Assembly: GCF_009914755.1 (NCBI RefSeq)
Contig: NC_060926.1
Length of the DNA: 64,000 bases
Source: the human T2T-CHM13v2.0 reference genome, Homo sapiens
Direction: 5' to 3' (one strand)
The stretch's first letter is position 1. Each line of letters begins with the position of its first letter. The position numbers and the translations under genes were made by a program. Below the pieces are notes generated by a model. That model saw only the letters and a list, made by a program, of their open reading frames with translations, was not told the origin of the DNA and made no database searches. This document shows positions 28,961-42,247 of the stretch, piece after piece.

Positions 28961-31312
28961 CTAGTGGTTAGGTGGCCTAAAATGTCCATCATAAAGTCTT
29001 GTGCAATAAGAGGGTTGGGATGATGTTTGGACTAACATTCCCAGTGGCCAGAGCAATGAGGAAAACAGAACAGCTACAAGATGCAAATTGAGATTAAACA
29101 AACAAAACTTTAACTTAGCAAAAGCAAAATCTTCACTCCTGTCCCCTCATACATCTCTTCATGTATTCATGAAAAGGGTATGTAGAATACAGTAGAGTCT
29201 ATACTCGACAACATCCTGTAGCAAATACAGGATCAGGTTCTGTACATTTGTTCATCAGGTGTCATGATGTAAGCCAATGCAAAAATTCAAAACAGAATTC
29301 CTTAATATCATTTGTTGTAGGTTGAAGAAGCAGCAAGGAGATAGTGCAAGCTGGTTATGGAGATCTCTGATGCTCTGGCTGGGTCCAAAGGTAACATTTA
29401 GAACATCAGAATGTCTCAAGAAGTGAGTCTCAACTGGTAGCACATTTCCTCACCTGCCTGCCCACCCCACTACAACCAGGTAGAATAATCTGAGGAGGGA
29501 AGCATGAATCATGAAGAAGCATATTCAGGATTAAAATATTATTTAATATTCATAAAATTTAAAGCACATTCTCATATACTTATAAAACAATACCTATGGA
29601 ATGTAAAGCTAAGTTTTTAATTGATAGGAATATGCACAAAATATTTACGCTCAATAGAAAAGGTTTTGAGACTCTGGGAATGAATGTTTATTAATGAGAG
29701 CTTAGATTTTTAAAACATTGTGAAACACTGATTTTGATTAATAGACAGACCACATAATCTTTGTCTGGTACTCAGTGCAGCAAATATGAGAGTATATTTC
29801 TGGTAGGAAGTTGGAATGCTGAAATGTTATGTTGCTGATTAAGAGCAGATATGTATGCTTTAATAATTAGACAAGCTGAAAATAAAGTTTTTCTCCACTC
29901 ATGAACCTTATTAAGCTTAAGTTGGGCTTGAATATAAATAAATTGTCACCCATATTCACATAAAATTGGGCAACAAGAATGCCTATGAACAGAACAAAAA
30001 TTATTTTTAAACAGTCCAGGGTCTTCTCTAAAGACAAGTGAACATTTGCACTCTTGCATATTTTCTCTTTCCAGATTAACATCTTGAGAAGAATAGTCAT
30101 ATTTAGATAGCAGTTCTGTTGATCAGCATTTGGGAGCATGACTATTTAAAGAATACTCTGATTTTATAAGACCTCATTGTCACTTAAAAATACATTTTCT
30201 TCCCTAACTTTTCTTTAAACAGAAATTATTCTAAACCTCAATGTCTTCATCCTATTTTGCAGACAGTGTAGTTTTCCATTCTGTACAGTTCATGGAAATA
30301 AATCTGGCAAACCTGGGGAAAATCAGGTAATTTTAAAGAATTTTTTAATGTTTTCTCACAGACATGGACAACTTGAAGTAAAGAAAAAGTTCATGAAAGA
30401 GAATAACATTACCTTAATCTGCTAAGATCTAGGCCAATAGATTTGTTTCTTGATTGTGGTAGTAGTAAACAGACAGTGGCAATGTACCCACAAATCCTTG
30501 TGTCTATTTTGTTTGAAGAATGAAACAAAAAAATGCTTGGAAGTTTGGTAATTTCAGCACTAACTCTCTTTCCATAGACCATACATTTCCAGCCCAGAAT
30601 CCAAAGGCCAATTTTCTTGCTATATACACCATTCTCGCTTTGAATCTTCGCCGATAGTGCCTAAGCCTGAATCTGAGCCTGGTTCCCTGGTCAGAAGTTA
30701 TAGTTTTACTTCCTTTGGTGAGAATTACACAAGAAAACCACCAGGGTGGATGGTTAGGTGGCATTACTGAGCAAAAAGGTCTCCTGGATCTTACATTTTC
30801 TCAGTGGCTCCCTCAGCCATTAGCAGTTGCTCCCACTACACACACATGTCCACATCTTCCCATGCTTCTCCAAACAATGGCAGCCTTTACAGAATTCTAT
30901 ATCCAGGAATCCTTCACTAAGTGAAATAGACTCCAGGGCCTTCAAATGTAACAATTCAGAAGTAAATCTCAAGTTTTATTTAATGAACAAAAGGTATTAA
31001 GCATTTCTGCTTTACTAAGAACTCTGGGGCAATGCCAGTGTCATATAGTTTGTTGAAGAAGTTGTCACATTACATTTGATTTATAGATAGGAACCAAATT
31101 TCTATCAACCACAGTGACACATTTCTAGTCATTCTCCGGTATCTGTTTGGAGACTACACTGGCATTTCCATATCTCCCTCCTGGCACTGATCAAATACAA
31201 GTATCTAAACCAGACTTTTTTCTTTAGTCATGCCAGTGGTAACTTGCAACTGTGAAATACCTCTGAGCCAATTATAGTTCACCAACCTAGATTAAAGCTA
31301 AATTCATAGTTA

Positions 31313-31314
<2 letters not shown>

Positions 31315-31344
<30 letters not shown>
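31315..31344. repeat. (AC)15 microsatellite
   Basis: Direct reading. Confidence 0.97.
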
Positions 31345-31346
<2 letters not shown>

Positions 31347-31469
31347 TTCCCTTCCTAAATACAATTGCTCCTTCTTGTGGCACATGAATTTTTAACATCA
31401 TGTTAGAATTTTCTAACATCAATATCAAAATTTGTTCTCCCTGTATTTTTGTCCCAATGCCATATTCTT

Positions 31470-32922
31470 TCTCTCTCTCTTTTTAATTTTTACTTTAAGT
31501 TCTGGGATACATGTGCAGAATGTGCAGGTTTGTTACACAGGTGTGTGTGCCACGGTGGTTTGTTGCACCTATTGACCCATCCTCTAAGTTCCCTCCCCTT
31601 GCCCCCAACCCCCTGACAGGCCCTGGAGTGTGTTGTTCCCCTCCCTGTGTTCATGTGTTCTCATTGTTCAGCTCCCACTTATGAGTGAGAACAGCCAATG
31701 TTTGGTTTTCTGTTCCTGTGTTAGTTTGCTGAGGATGATGGCTTCCAGCTTCATCCATGTCCCTGCAAAGGACATGATCTCATTCCTTTTTATGGCTGCG
31801 TAGTATTCCATGGTGTATTTGTGCCACATTTTCTTTATCCAGTCTACCATTGATGGGTATTTGCATCGGTTCCATAACTTTGCTACTGTAAATAGTGCTG
31901 CAATAAGCATACGTGTGCCTGTGTCTTTATAGTAGAATGATTTATATTCCTTTGGCTATATACCCAGTAATGTGATTGCTGGGTCAAATGGTATTTCTGG
32001 TTCTAGATCCTTGAGGAATTGCCATACTGTCTTCCACAATGGTTGAACTAATTTACATTCCCACCAACAGTGTAAAAGCATTTCTATTTCTCTGCAGCCT
32101 CGCCAGCATCTATTGTTTCTTGACTTTCTAAAAATTGTCATTCTGACTGGTGTGAGATGGTATTTCATTGTGATTTTGATTTGCATTTCTCTAATGGCCA
32201 GTGACGATGAGCTTTTTTTCATGTTTGTTGGCCGCATAAATATCTTCTTTTGAGAAGTGTCTGTTCATATCCTTTGCCCACTTTTTGAGGGGGTTGGTTT
32301 TTTTTGTAGATTTGTTTAAGTTCCTTGTAGATTCTGGATATGAGACCTTTGTCAGATGTGTAGCTTGCAAAAATTTTCTCCCATTCTGTGGATTGCCTGT
32401 TCACTCTGATGATAGTTTCTTTTGCTGTGCAGAAGCTCTTTAATTTAATTAGATTCCATTTGTCAATTTTGGCTTTTGTTGTAATTGTTTTTGGCGTTTT
32501 TGTCATGAAGTCTTTGCCCATGCCTATGTCCTGAATGGTATTGCCTAGGTTTTCTTCTAGGGTTTTTATGGTTTTGGGTTTTACATTTAAGTCTTTAATC
32601 CATTTTGAGTTAATTTTTGTATAAGGTATAAGGAAGGGGTCCAGTTCCAGTTTTCTGCATATGGCTAGCCAGTTTTCCCAGCACCACTTATTAAATGGGG
32701 AATCCTTTCCCTATTGCTTGTTTTTGTCAGGTTTGTCGAAGATCAATCAGATGGTTGTAGATGTGTGGTGTTATTTCTGAAGTCTCTGTTCTGTTCCATT
32801 GGTCTATATGTCTCTTTTGGTATCAGTACCATGCTGTTTTGGTTACTGTAGGCTTTTAGTATAGTTTGAAGTCAGGTAGTGTGATGCCCTCAGCTGTGTT
32901 CTTTTTACCTAGGATTGCCTTG
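31470..32922 (-). mobile_element. 5'-truncated L1PA (approx. L1PA8-13)
   Basis: Primate L1 3' UTR plus ORF2 C-terminal remnants ([11 protein letters not shown]; HCWWECKLVQPLWK; YTMEYYAAIK); 16-bp TSD ccaatgccatattctt/ccaattccgtattctt. Confidence 0.95.
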
Positions 32923-33276
32923 CCAATTCCGTATTCTTAAGATCTGTCAACACTTTGCATTATCTTACGATCTAGGAACATGCTTTAGAAATATATTATA
33001 TATCAACATTTGCCCACCTCCTAGACTTTAGGAGAAACTAAACCATGTTAAGATTTATTGTAGCATCGTCTGATGACACTGAAATCAGAGGCAGACTGCA
33101 GAACCAATTGAGAAAATATAATTTTTAACGGAATTTGTTATAACAATAGTGTTGTCTGATGGCAATCCTTTCTCCTCATTCCAGATTCTAATCATTTGAT
33201 TGTCTCGGTGGGAAAAAGTAAAGACCCATTATGTGGATCAAGGTGTCAATAAACCTCTGCAGTAAGCACCAGTATG

Positions 33277-33625
33277 CAGTCATGCATCACTTAATTATGG
33301 GGATATGTTTTGGGAAATGTATCCTCAGGTGATTTCTTCATTCTGTGAATGTCAGAGTGTACTTGCATAAACCTAGCTAGGATACCCTACTATACATCTA
33401 GGCTATATAGTATGGGCTATTTGCCTCTGTGCTACAAACCTGTACAGCATGTTACTCTACTGAATACTGTAGGCAACTGCAATGCAATGGAAAGTATTTG
33501 TGTATCTAAACATATCAAAACATAGAACAGGGACAGTCAAAAGATGATATTGTAGTCTTGGGAACCACCATGATAGATGCAGTCTGTCATTGACTGAAAT
33601 GTCATTATGCAGCAGTGCATGTCTA
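33277..33625. mobile_element. Tigger3a/MER7-type TcMar MITE
   Basis: TIR cagtcatgc...; internal gctacaaacctgtacagcatgttact...gaatactgtaggcaa motif. Confidence 0.88.
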
Positions 33626-33699
33626 TATTTGGCTTTTCAATGCATTTCGTCTATGACCAGACACCTCTGCCATCATGTGCCATCTTCTTCACACCTTGC

Positions 33700-34072
33700 T
33701 GAGTATCTTCCAGGAATAATCTAACTCATCTTAGGGTTCTGCTCAAATAACTCCTCTATTCAGCAGCTTTCCTTAAAGGCCAATTCTCCCACAGCTCCTC
33801 AAACAAAATTAACTGCTTCTTCTGTATTCGGACAATACATTACATGGAACTCTATTTAGAGCACTTTTTACACTATGTTATGTCTCGTAACCAACACATA
33901 TCAATATTCTCATGTTCAGGAAGCTCCATGCTGTTGTAATGTGTCTGAAAGTAAGTAGATTTTTTGTTTTTTCCTTGTAGACCATGAGGACAGTAATATG
34001 TCTTGTTATCCTGGATTCTTCATTGCCAGGCATCATGCTTACTATAGGCTAGGAGCTCAGTAAACATTTGTT
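33700..34072 (+). mobile_element. L2 3' fragment
   Basis: Ends taggagctcagtaaacatttg. Confidence 0.55.
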
Positions 34073-35061
34073 TCTACATTCTCCCTTGCTGGTTTTGCTT
34101 ACAAGAAAAACAACTGTCTTGTCTGACCTGTATTATTTATTCAGCATCCTCCAAAACTATGGTGCTATATAAACTGAGCAGAGACAGGGCCCAAAATGTA
34201 GGAATAATGGAGAAAAAATAGTTATTTCCCAAAATGTAATGGATTATTTAAAAGACCCATGAAAACAACATATGTGCTTTGTTATTCGTCCTGCATTGTG
34301 CAGACTTTCTAGAGCTTCATTTAATTATTTTATAAGAAATATTAGCAAATAACAATTTATAAAAGGAAGAAGTTAGTGAGTTTCAGATCCAAAAAAAAAA
34401 TGAACTGAATTAGTTTATATGCTGGCATTCTCTCTTTAAATAAATATTAATTATTGACACCAACCTCTATATTACTGATCTATTACATAACAATGATTAC
34501 ATATATGTGTATGTGCCCACCAAAGATGTAAGTAATACTGATGAACCAGCAGATATGGAACATTTACTAAGGTATAAAATTGAAATTGCTGTGATATTAA
34601 AGCCAGAGGTAAAGACACACATGATTAGCCACTTAGAATATTTTTTGTCAGGATTTTTCTACATAAAAACTTTCCCACTGGATTCATTTCTGAATATTCT
34701 TTTAGTTGGTAAAAAAGAAAGTAAGAGATCAAAGTTCTTATAAAATACCAAGAATTATCTGTGGCATATATGCCCCCATTAGATTCTGCAAGGTGACTAG
34801 ATTAGTTGTTAACATAGTTCGAAGTGGTGAACCGAGTAGGAGAGGAAGTTCTTTTGCCAATGTAACATGAGCTGAAGCTTTGAAGTCTATATTCTGAAAT
34901 TCTTCACTCTACAAATTATAAAGTGGTCCTTAAGATATAACTCTATCTATGTGCAGATATATTAGAGTAGAATTCAACACTAACTTTACTTGTCTACAGA
35001 CTTCAAATATTATAGTTTTATTGTACTTATTTTATGGTGATGAGTATATGTAAATGTTTAT

Positions 35062-35097
35062 TGTGTGTGTGTGTGTGTGTATATATATCTATATATA
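35062..35097. repeat. (TG)n(TA)n compound microsatellite
   Basis: Direct reading. Confidence 0.9.
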
Positions 35098-35188
35098 AAA
35101 ACAGGTACATGATGATGGTATATTTTAATATGCTAATCTTTTTTGTCCAATTCACCAGCCCACAATACTCATAAAAATTGTCAAACTT

Positions 35189-35496
<308 letters not shown>

Positions 35497-35546
35497 CTAC
35501 CAACTTATCAACATCTACATGCAGATTAGTTTTTTAAAATATTTTC

Positions 35547-37571
35547 TTTTTTTATATTTTACTTTTCTCTTTTTATTTTATTTTTAAATTCAATTTTTAT
35601 TTTAAATATAGGTGGTACACATACAGGTTTGTTATATGGGTATATGGCACCCAGGTAGTGAGCATAGTATCCAATAGGTAGTTTTTCAACCCACACCCCT
35701 CCTTCCTTACCCCCTCTAGTCACCCGCAGCGTCTACTGTTCCCATGTTTATGTCCACATATGCTCAATGTTTAGCTCTCACTTATAAGTGAGAACATGCA
35801 GTATTTTGTTTTTATTCCTGCATTAATTCACTTAGAAGAATGGCCTTCAGCTCCAGCCACATTGCTGCCAAGGACAAGATTTCATCCATCTTTATGGCTG
35901 CATAGTGTTCCATGATGCATATATATCATGTTTGCTTTATCCAATCCACCACTGATGAGCATCTACATTGATTCTATGTCTTTACTACTGGGAATAGTGC
36001 AGCAATGAACATACAAATGCATATTTTTTTGGTAAAATTATCTATTTTCCTTTGAATACATACCTAGTAATGGGATTGCTGGGTCAAATGGTAGCTCTAT
36101 TTAAGTTCTTTAAGAAATCTCCAAACTACTTTCCACAGAGGCCGAACTAATTTACATTCCCAACAACAGTGCATAGGCATTCCTTTTTCTCTGCAGCCTC
36201 ACTAGCATATGCTGTTATTTTGACTTATTAAGAATAGCCATTCTGATTGGTGTGAGATGGTCTCTCACTGTGGTTTTATTTGCATTTCTCTGATGATTAC
36301 TGATGATGAACATTTTTTCATGTGTTTATTGGTCACTTGCGTGTTGTCTTTTGAAAAGTGTCTGTTCATATCCTTTGCTCATTTTTTAATGGGGTTGTTT
36401 TGTTTTTGTTTTTCTTGTTGATTTGTTTAAGGTCCTTTTAGATTCTGAATATTAGATCTTTGTCAGACGCATAGTTTGCAAATATTTTCTCCTATTCTAT
36501 AGGTTGTATGTTTACTCTTTTGATAGTTTCCTTTGCTGTACAGAAGCTCATTAGTTTAATCAGGTCCCACTTGCCAATTTTTGTTTTTGTTGCAGTTGCT
36601 TTTGGGGACTTAGCCAAAAATTCTTTGCCAAGGCCAGTGTCAAGAAGGGTATTTCCTAGGTTTTCTTCTACAGTTTTTATCTTTTGAGGACTTACATTTA
36701 AATCTGTAATGCATCTTAAGTTTTGTATGTGGTGTAAGGAAGGGGTCCAGTTTCAATCTTCTGCATATGGCTAGCCAGTTATCCCATCGCTATTTATGAA
36801 TAGGGAGTCTTTTCTCCATTGCTTGTTTTTGTTGGTCTTCTCAAAGATCAGATGGTTGGAGGCATGTGCTTTTATTTCTGAGTTTTTGATTCTGTTCCAT
36901 TGGTCTACGTGTCTGTTTTTGCACCAATAGCATGTTGTTTGGTAACTATAGACTTACAGCATAGTTTGAAGTCAGGCAGTGTGATGCCTCTAATTTGTTC
37001 TTTTTGCTTTGGATTGCCTTGACCACTGGGTTTATTTGTTTGTTTGTTTCATATGAATTTTAGAATAGTTTTTTTCTAATTCTGTAAAGAGTAATGTTGG
37101 CAGTTTCATAGGAATAGCATTGTGTATGTAAATTTCTTTGGGCAGTGTGGCCATTTAAACAATATTGATTCTTCTAATTCATGAGCATGGAATATTTTCC
37201 ATTTATTTGTGCTGTCTCTGACTTCTTTCAGCAGTCTTTTGTAGTTCTCCCTGTAGAGATCTTTTACCTCATTGTTTAGCATATTCCTAGATACTTCATT
37301 TTATTTGTGGCTATTGTAAATGAGATTGTGTTCTTGATTTGACTCTTGGCCTGGTCACTATTGGTGTATAGAAATACTACTGATTTTCGTACATTGATTT
37401 AGTATCCTGATACCTTACCAGAGTTATCAATTCTAGTAGCCTTTTGGTGGAGAATTTAGGGTATTCTAGGTATAGAATCATATGGCCATCAGAGATAGTT
37501 TGACTTCTTCTTTTCCTATTTGTATGCCTTTTCTTTCTTTATCTTGCCTGATTACTCTGGATAAAACTTCC
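35547..37571 (-). mobile_element. 5'-truncated L1PA (approx. L1PA15/16)
   Basis: gtgagcatagtatccaataggtagtttttcaacc 3' UTR plus ORF2 3' half; TSD taaaatattttc/taaaatatgttc. Confidence 0.92.
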
Positions 37572-38329
37572 TAAAATATGTTCAATTATATAAATAATAT
37601 AGCATTACTAAAATTTTTAAATGTGTATGTAAATGATTACTGTTAATCCTACCAACTCAAATACAATTATCATTTTTGTTCAAGTCCTTCAGGTCTTTTC
37701 ACCTTATACATGTTGGCATAGTTATAATCATTGTGTGACTATGCCATTTTTCATTCTTTTCCTCCACTTCAATATTCCCATCTTGCTGTACAGTTTGTAA
37801 CAATATTTTTTTTCTGCTATGGTCCTTTTTCTTCTTATTTTCTATTTACTACAAAAGTGCACGATAGTTGTAAAATGAATAAATAAATAAGAAAAGGTAT
37901 AAAGAAGGAAGTAAAAATCCTTTGAAATTCTGCAATCTGGAAACAAACAACCACAGACAAAACTTTGTTGAATATCTATAATATCTTATGATTTTTAAAG
38001 AATGCAGGTAGAATACTGACTTTCTCAGGTTGGTTAATTGAAATGCAGCCTTTAAGGATTTTTTACTTATTACTTGGAATTATGCTGCAAGTACACTTGT
38101 GGAGGGATCCCACCAGGCCCACCACCCCAATGAAGAAAGCAAGGGAAGGAAGTGGTTCTTTTTACAGAGAGTTGCTGTGACTCTTACTACATGTATTGAG
38201 TAAAACTAAACTTGCTATCCAGGCCCACATAAATGTAAAATGGATTCATGCACAAACCAAAAGGAGGAACTTGGGAGCTGGGTCTGGGAAAAGACAACAA
38301 AGTTTGTTAAACCTTAGAAGGAAAATAAA

Positions 38330-38619
38330 GTGATGAAAAAGCGAGCAGCTGGGAGAAAACACTTTATATGGGTTGGTCAGAAAAGGCCTTGCTGAGGAGG
38401 TGACACTGGACCAAGGCCACAATCAGCCATAGGGAAAACCAAGCAATGTCTATTCCAGGACAAGAATAAGGCACACATCTGCAAAGTTCTGGAGCTGAGA
38501 AGAAGCTTGAGCTCAGTGAGTGTGAGGTGAGTTGCATGATATGAAGTTAGAGATGGGTTCACAGAAAGAAATTTAGATTTCATTCTCAACGTGGATAGCA
38601 ATTGAATGAATTTAAGTAG

Positions 38620-38653
<34 letters not shown>

Positions 38654-38830
38654 CAAAATCAGATTTACGATTTTACAAATTCACTTTGTCTGCTTTATGG
38701 AAAATGTTTCGTAGTGAACAAAAATAAAAGCAGGGAGACAATTTAGGAAGTTCTACTTGTCAAGAGATGTGGTTTAGACTAGGGTTATAGTAGTGGAGAT
38801 GCAGGGAAGGGAGCCTGGCTTCTGCAAGAT
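38330..38830 (-). mobile_element. L2 fragment
   Basis: ggtcagaaaaggccttgctgaggaggtgaca...gcaaagttctggagctg. Confidence 0.75.
38622..38652. repeat. (GT)15 microsatellite
   Basis: Direct reading. Confidence 0.97.
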
Positions 38831-41800
38831 TTTCTAAGTGATTATAGATTTTTATCCCCCTAAAGGTTTTGAAACTCAGAAACCACAGAATGGTACCATT
38901 AAAAGAATAACCGAGAAGCTAAGGTTTCTTACAGAAGGTATCAGAGGCTTGGAACATCAAGGAAAGCCCAGATACTATCATGCGTAGAAGGATTCTGGAC
39001 TAACTCATGAAAAGTAAATGAGGCTGCCATGTGGGAGAAATGCAAGGAAATTTTCATGTTTGAAGGCCATGAAATAAAATAAGTAACACATTTTAGTTCT
39101 CAAAAAATATTGCACATGTGTGTTTGTGATATTATCCACTGCAGTATTCCCTCAACACCATTTTTTCAGCCCAAATCATTACTATGTTATCAACGTGTCC
39201 TCTAAAATAGGACATTGTCACTACTGTGCATTACTTATTGCTTAACAATTGCACTTGCTACAGAGGAAAACTAGGATCCTAATCATGGTGGCTCCGATCA
39301 TTTGAAGCAATGGGCTAAGAATGTCACTCAAAAGTGTGACCTCATTACTGGAGACTTTGCTCCTAAGTTCAAGGGAAGTTGGGGCTGTGTAGACTAATTT
39401 CAAATTAACAAGCAGAATGACAGGGCATCTTTCTAGAAGTTTTAGATTGGCAGTGTGGAAGAAAGTTAATATCATTTAGCTCTATTTCAGAAGGTATATT
39501 GAACTTGGTTTTTCGAGGCTGATTATACAGTCAAATAACCAGTGCCTTGGCTTCTCTCTTTTCATAATACTAAAAGTAAAGCATTCCACTTTTCTTTAAA
39601 AGCCTGATCTGGACTTCATATTTATGTGTGATAGCTCTCTTGGTTGAAATGAACATAGCTCACTCTCTTCACTTAAATATGTTAGCAATTTGTTTTAAGA
39701 ATACACACAGAAATAGCAAGAAGTTCCACCATATTGCCAGGCCTTAGGGAGACAGGAATGTTTTCATGATCCAAATGTAACTGTAGTTGTCTGAAATCTC
39801 TCTAGTAGTTCAGAAGAACTTTACAATGGTCTGCAGAAGTAGGCACTTATTGATCTGTATTTTAATGGCAGTATTACTTTTACATCCCTTCGTTATGCTT
39901 ATGTCTTTACCCACTGCCAACTGATTATTTTCCTATATATCTGGCTCAGATTTCTGAGAAAGAGAAAATGGCTGGGCCTGCTAATTACTATAGCACATGT
40001 CTGGGTAGAGCTTACATTAAAGGACAAATCATAGCCACTAGCTAGTTCATTCTTGGGATTAGAGGTCTACTCTATCCCCGTCAGCTATATGTTCAGGCCC
40101 ATGGGATCAAGTACAAAGGTAGCTACAAAGCCTGTTTTTCAGCCAAGGATTTTGGCAGAATGATGGCTATTAAACTGTAGCATACATAAAAATCACCTAA
40201 AGGGTTTAATTTTGATGTCAACTCCTGTGACTAAATGGCAGGCATTCCTCTTCAGTAGTTTTGTGGGAACCCAAGAGTCTGCTTTCCTAATACAGCCTTT
40301 TCCTTTCAGCTCAAATAAGAAAAATTACAATAAATTATATTAAATAGTTGTGTTTCTAGGTCAAAGCAATTAAATATTAACAAATGCATATGGTTCAACT
40401 TAATCAGAAGGTATTACCCACATAAGATTCTTCCTCAGCTGTTCCCTTACCACTTACTCATCTTATTCTTCAATATTTTCAAAACCATTTGTGCCATACT
40501 ATTACTTATAGATATTTCCCCTTATCTTCAATACTGTAACTGTATACACATACTCACACACACAACAATGTTCCTGCCCATTTACTTTGCTGAAAATTTA
40601 ATCCCTCCAAGAATTATTTCAAGAATACTTTTCCTAATTCTAAGCACTTATATGTTATTTGTCATCATGAATGCATTTTTGATGTGTGTTCATTGTATAC
40701 AATTTCATGGTCTTCAGTTATTTTCTTTGCATGCAATCTGTGTTTCTGATCATACTTTATACCTTTTTAAAGGTGTGAACACATTTTCTATTCCTTTGCC
40801 AAAATGTAATTCTCCTCACTTCTTGTCATTAGCAGTGTGCCTGTTCAAGAAATGCCATTATTGAGTTGACTTAGGACCAGAGAACCAAAAAGCGATTGAA
40901 TATTCAAACTTACAACTTTTGTAATTTGTAAACATTTATACATTATACTACTGGTTAGAAACTATTATGAGAGTTGTAGAGAGAGAAGAGGCTGGAAACA
41001 CATACCTGTGTTTTTCTTACTATAATTACTGTGATTTTATATAGTTTTGTGATAGTGCAACGTGGATTGGCTATATTGATAGATTTGTTACTTATGATTG
41101 GCCTTTCAAATGCTATTTGAAAATCATTAGGGTTCAGTACTTGGTGAAGCTTTCAAAACTTCACCTATTTCAGATGATATCGAATTTCTAAATACAGATA
41201 AAGATTTACTGCTTAAAAATACAATTAGCCTGTAGTTAAATCATGTAGTTCTGGACATTTTCAGTATTCCCTACCTAGGAATTTTCCAATAATATTTTCT
41301 AAAGCTGATTTTTTTAGCAACTCCTGCTTAATCTTTTATGACTAAAGATTATATTATAGAAAATTTTGAGGGTGAATATTTTGGGTTCATGATCACTCCA
41401 TTTTGCAGACTAGTGCCTAGGGGAAAACATACAGTTAAGTAAACTGTGTGAGTCTGACTGGGGAAAATAAAAATACTTCTGTTCAAACATGGGTTATCTC
41501 TTTTCAAGAGAAGCTCAGCTTCCTTATCAAAATTTTAGGTAAATAATGATTATGTTAATGCAAATGCATTTAAGAGCTCTCTAACCATTTGGCAAAACGA
41601 GGCTCCCATGTGAAAATAAGCCATTGGCAATATACTGTGCCTTCAGTTAACAGAGCTTCATTTTCCCAAAAGAAAATTCTCAATAAAGAGAATCTGTTGC
41701 TCATGGTTTATGAAGTCAACAATATGTGTAGTTTTAAAAAACAATGGCAATTCTTATCTGATGACCATGAAATGCTGCATGTATCATTTAGAACTGGGCA

Positions 41801-42019
41801 TTAGTTCTGTGATTCTTTGATGCTTCATTCCCCTTCTTGACCTCAGCTTAATTTTAACGTGGTAGATCTTGCTGATATTTTTAACACTGAGTTTCAGAGA
41901 TATTAAAAATAATGAAAGCATATAGCCAAGGGGTAAAAGGGGCTACTGTTTAAACAAAGGAATGAACTATTTCCATATTATGTTAGGAAGCAGACCAAGG
42001 AAAAAGAGTGGATGTAACA

Positions 42020-42247
42020 AGGAAGCAGATTTCAGCTAGAGAGAGAAGAGAAACTTAAATAATTCAGGATAATGAATAACAGACTAGATTACCTATCCAT
42101 GCACATTGTCCCTTCACTTGAATGTTCCATGAAAAGATGAGATGGCTTTTGCTCAAGGATGGCATAAAAAGGAGCTTTGCATTGGGAAGGAGTGTGGACC
42201 ACTGGATAATCCCTAAAGTTTCTTCTAACTGAGAATCTACAATTTTG
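42020..42247 (+). mobile_element. L3/CR1 LINE 3' end
   Basis: ggaagcagatttcagct...ccttcacttgaatgttc...tgcattgggaaggagtgtggac...ttctaactgagaatctacaatt resembles the L3 terminus. Confidence 0.7.

Noticed and set aside
29448-29503. 36-nt minus-strand micro-exon (cttccctcctcag ... cag|gtgagg)
   Set aside because: Isolated, short pyrimidine tract, no partner exons; likely a pseudo-exon
31668-32521. Three ORFs with strong protein similarity
   Set aside because: C-terminus of L1 ORF2 in a truncated, frameshifted L1PA
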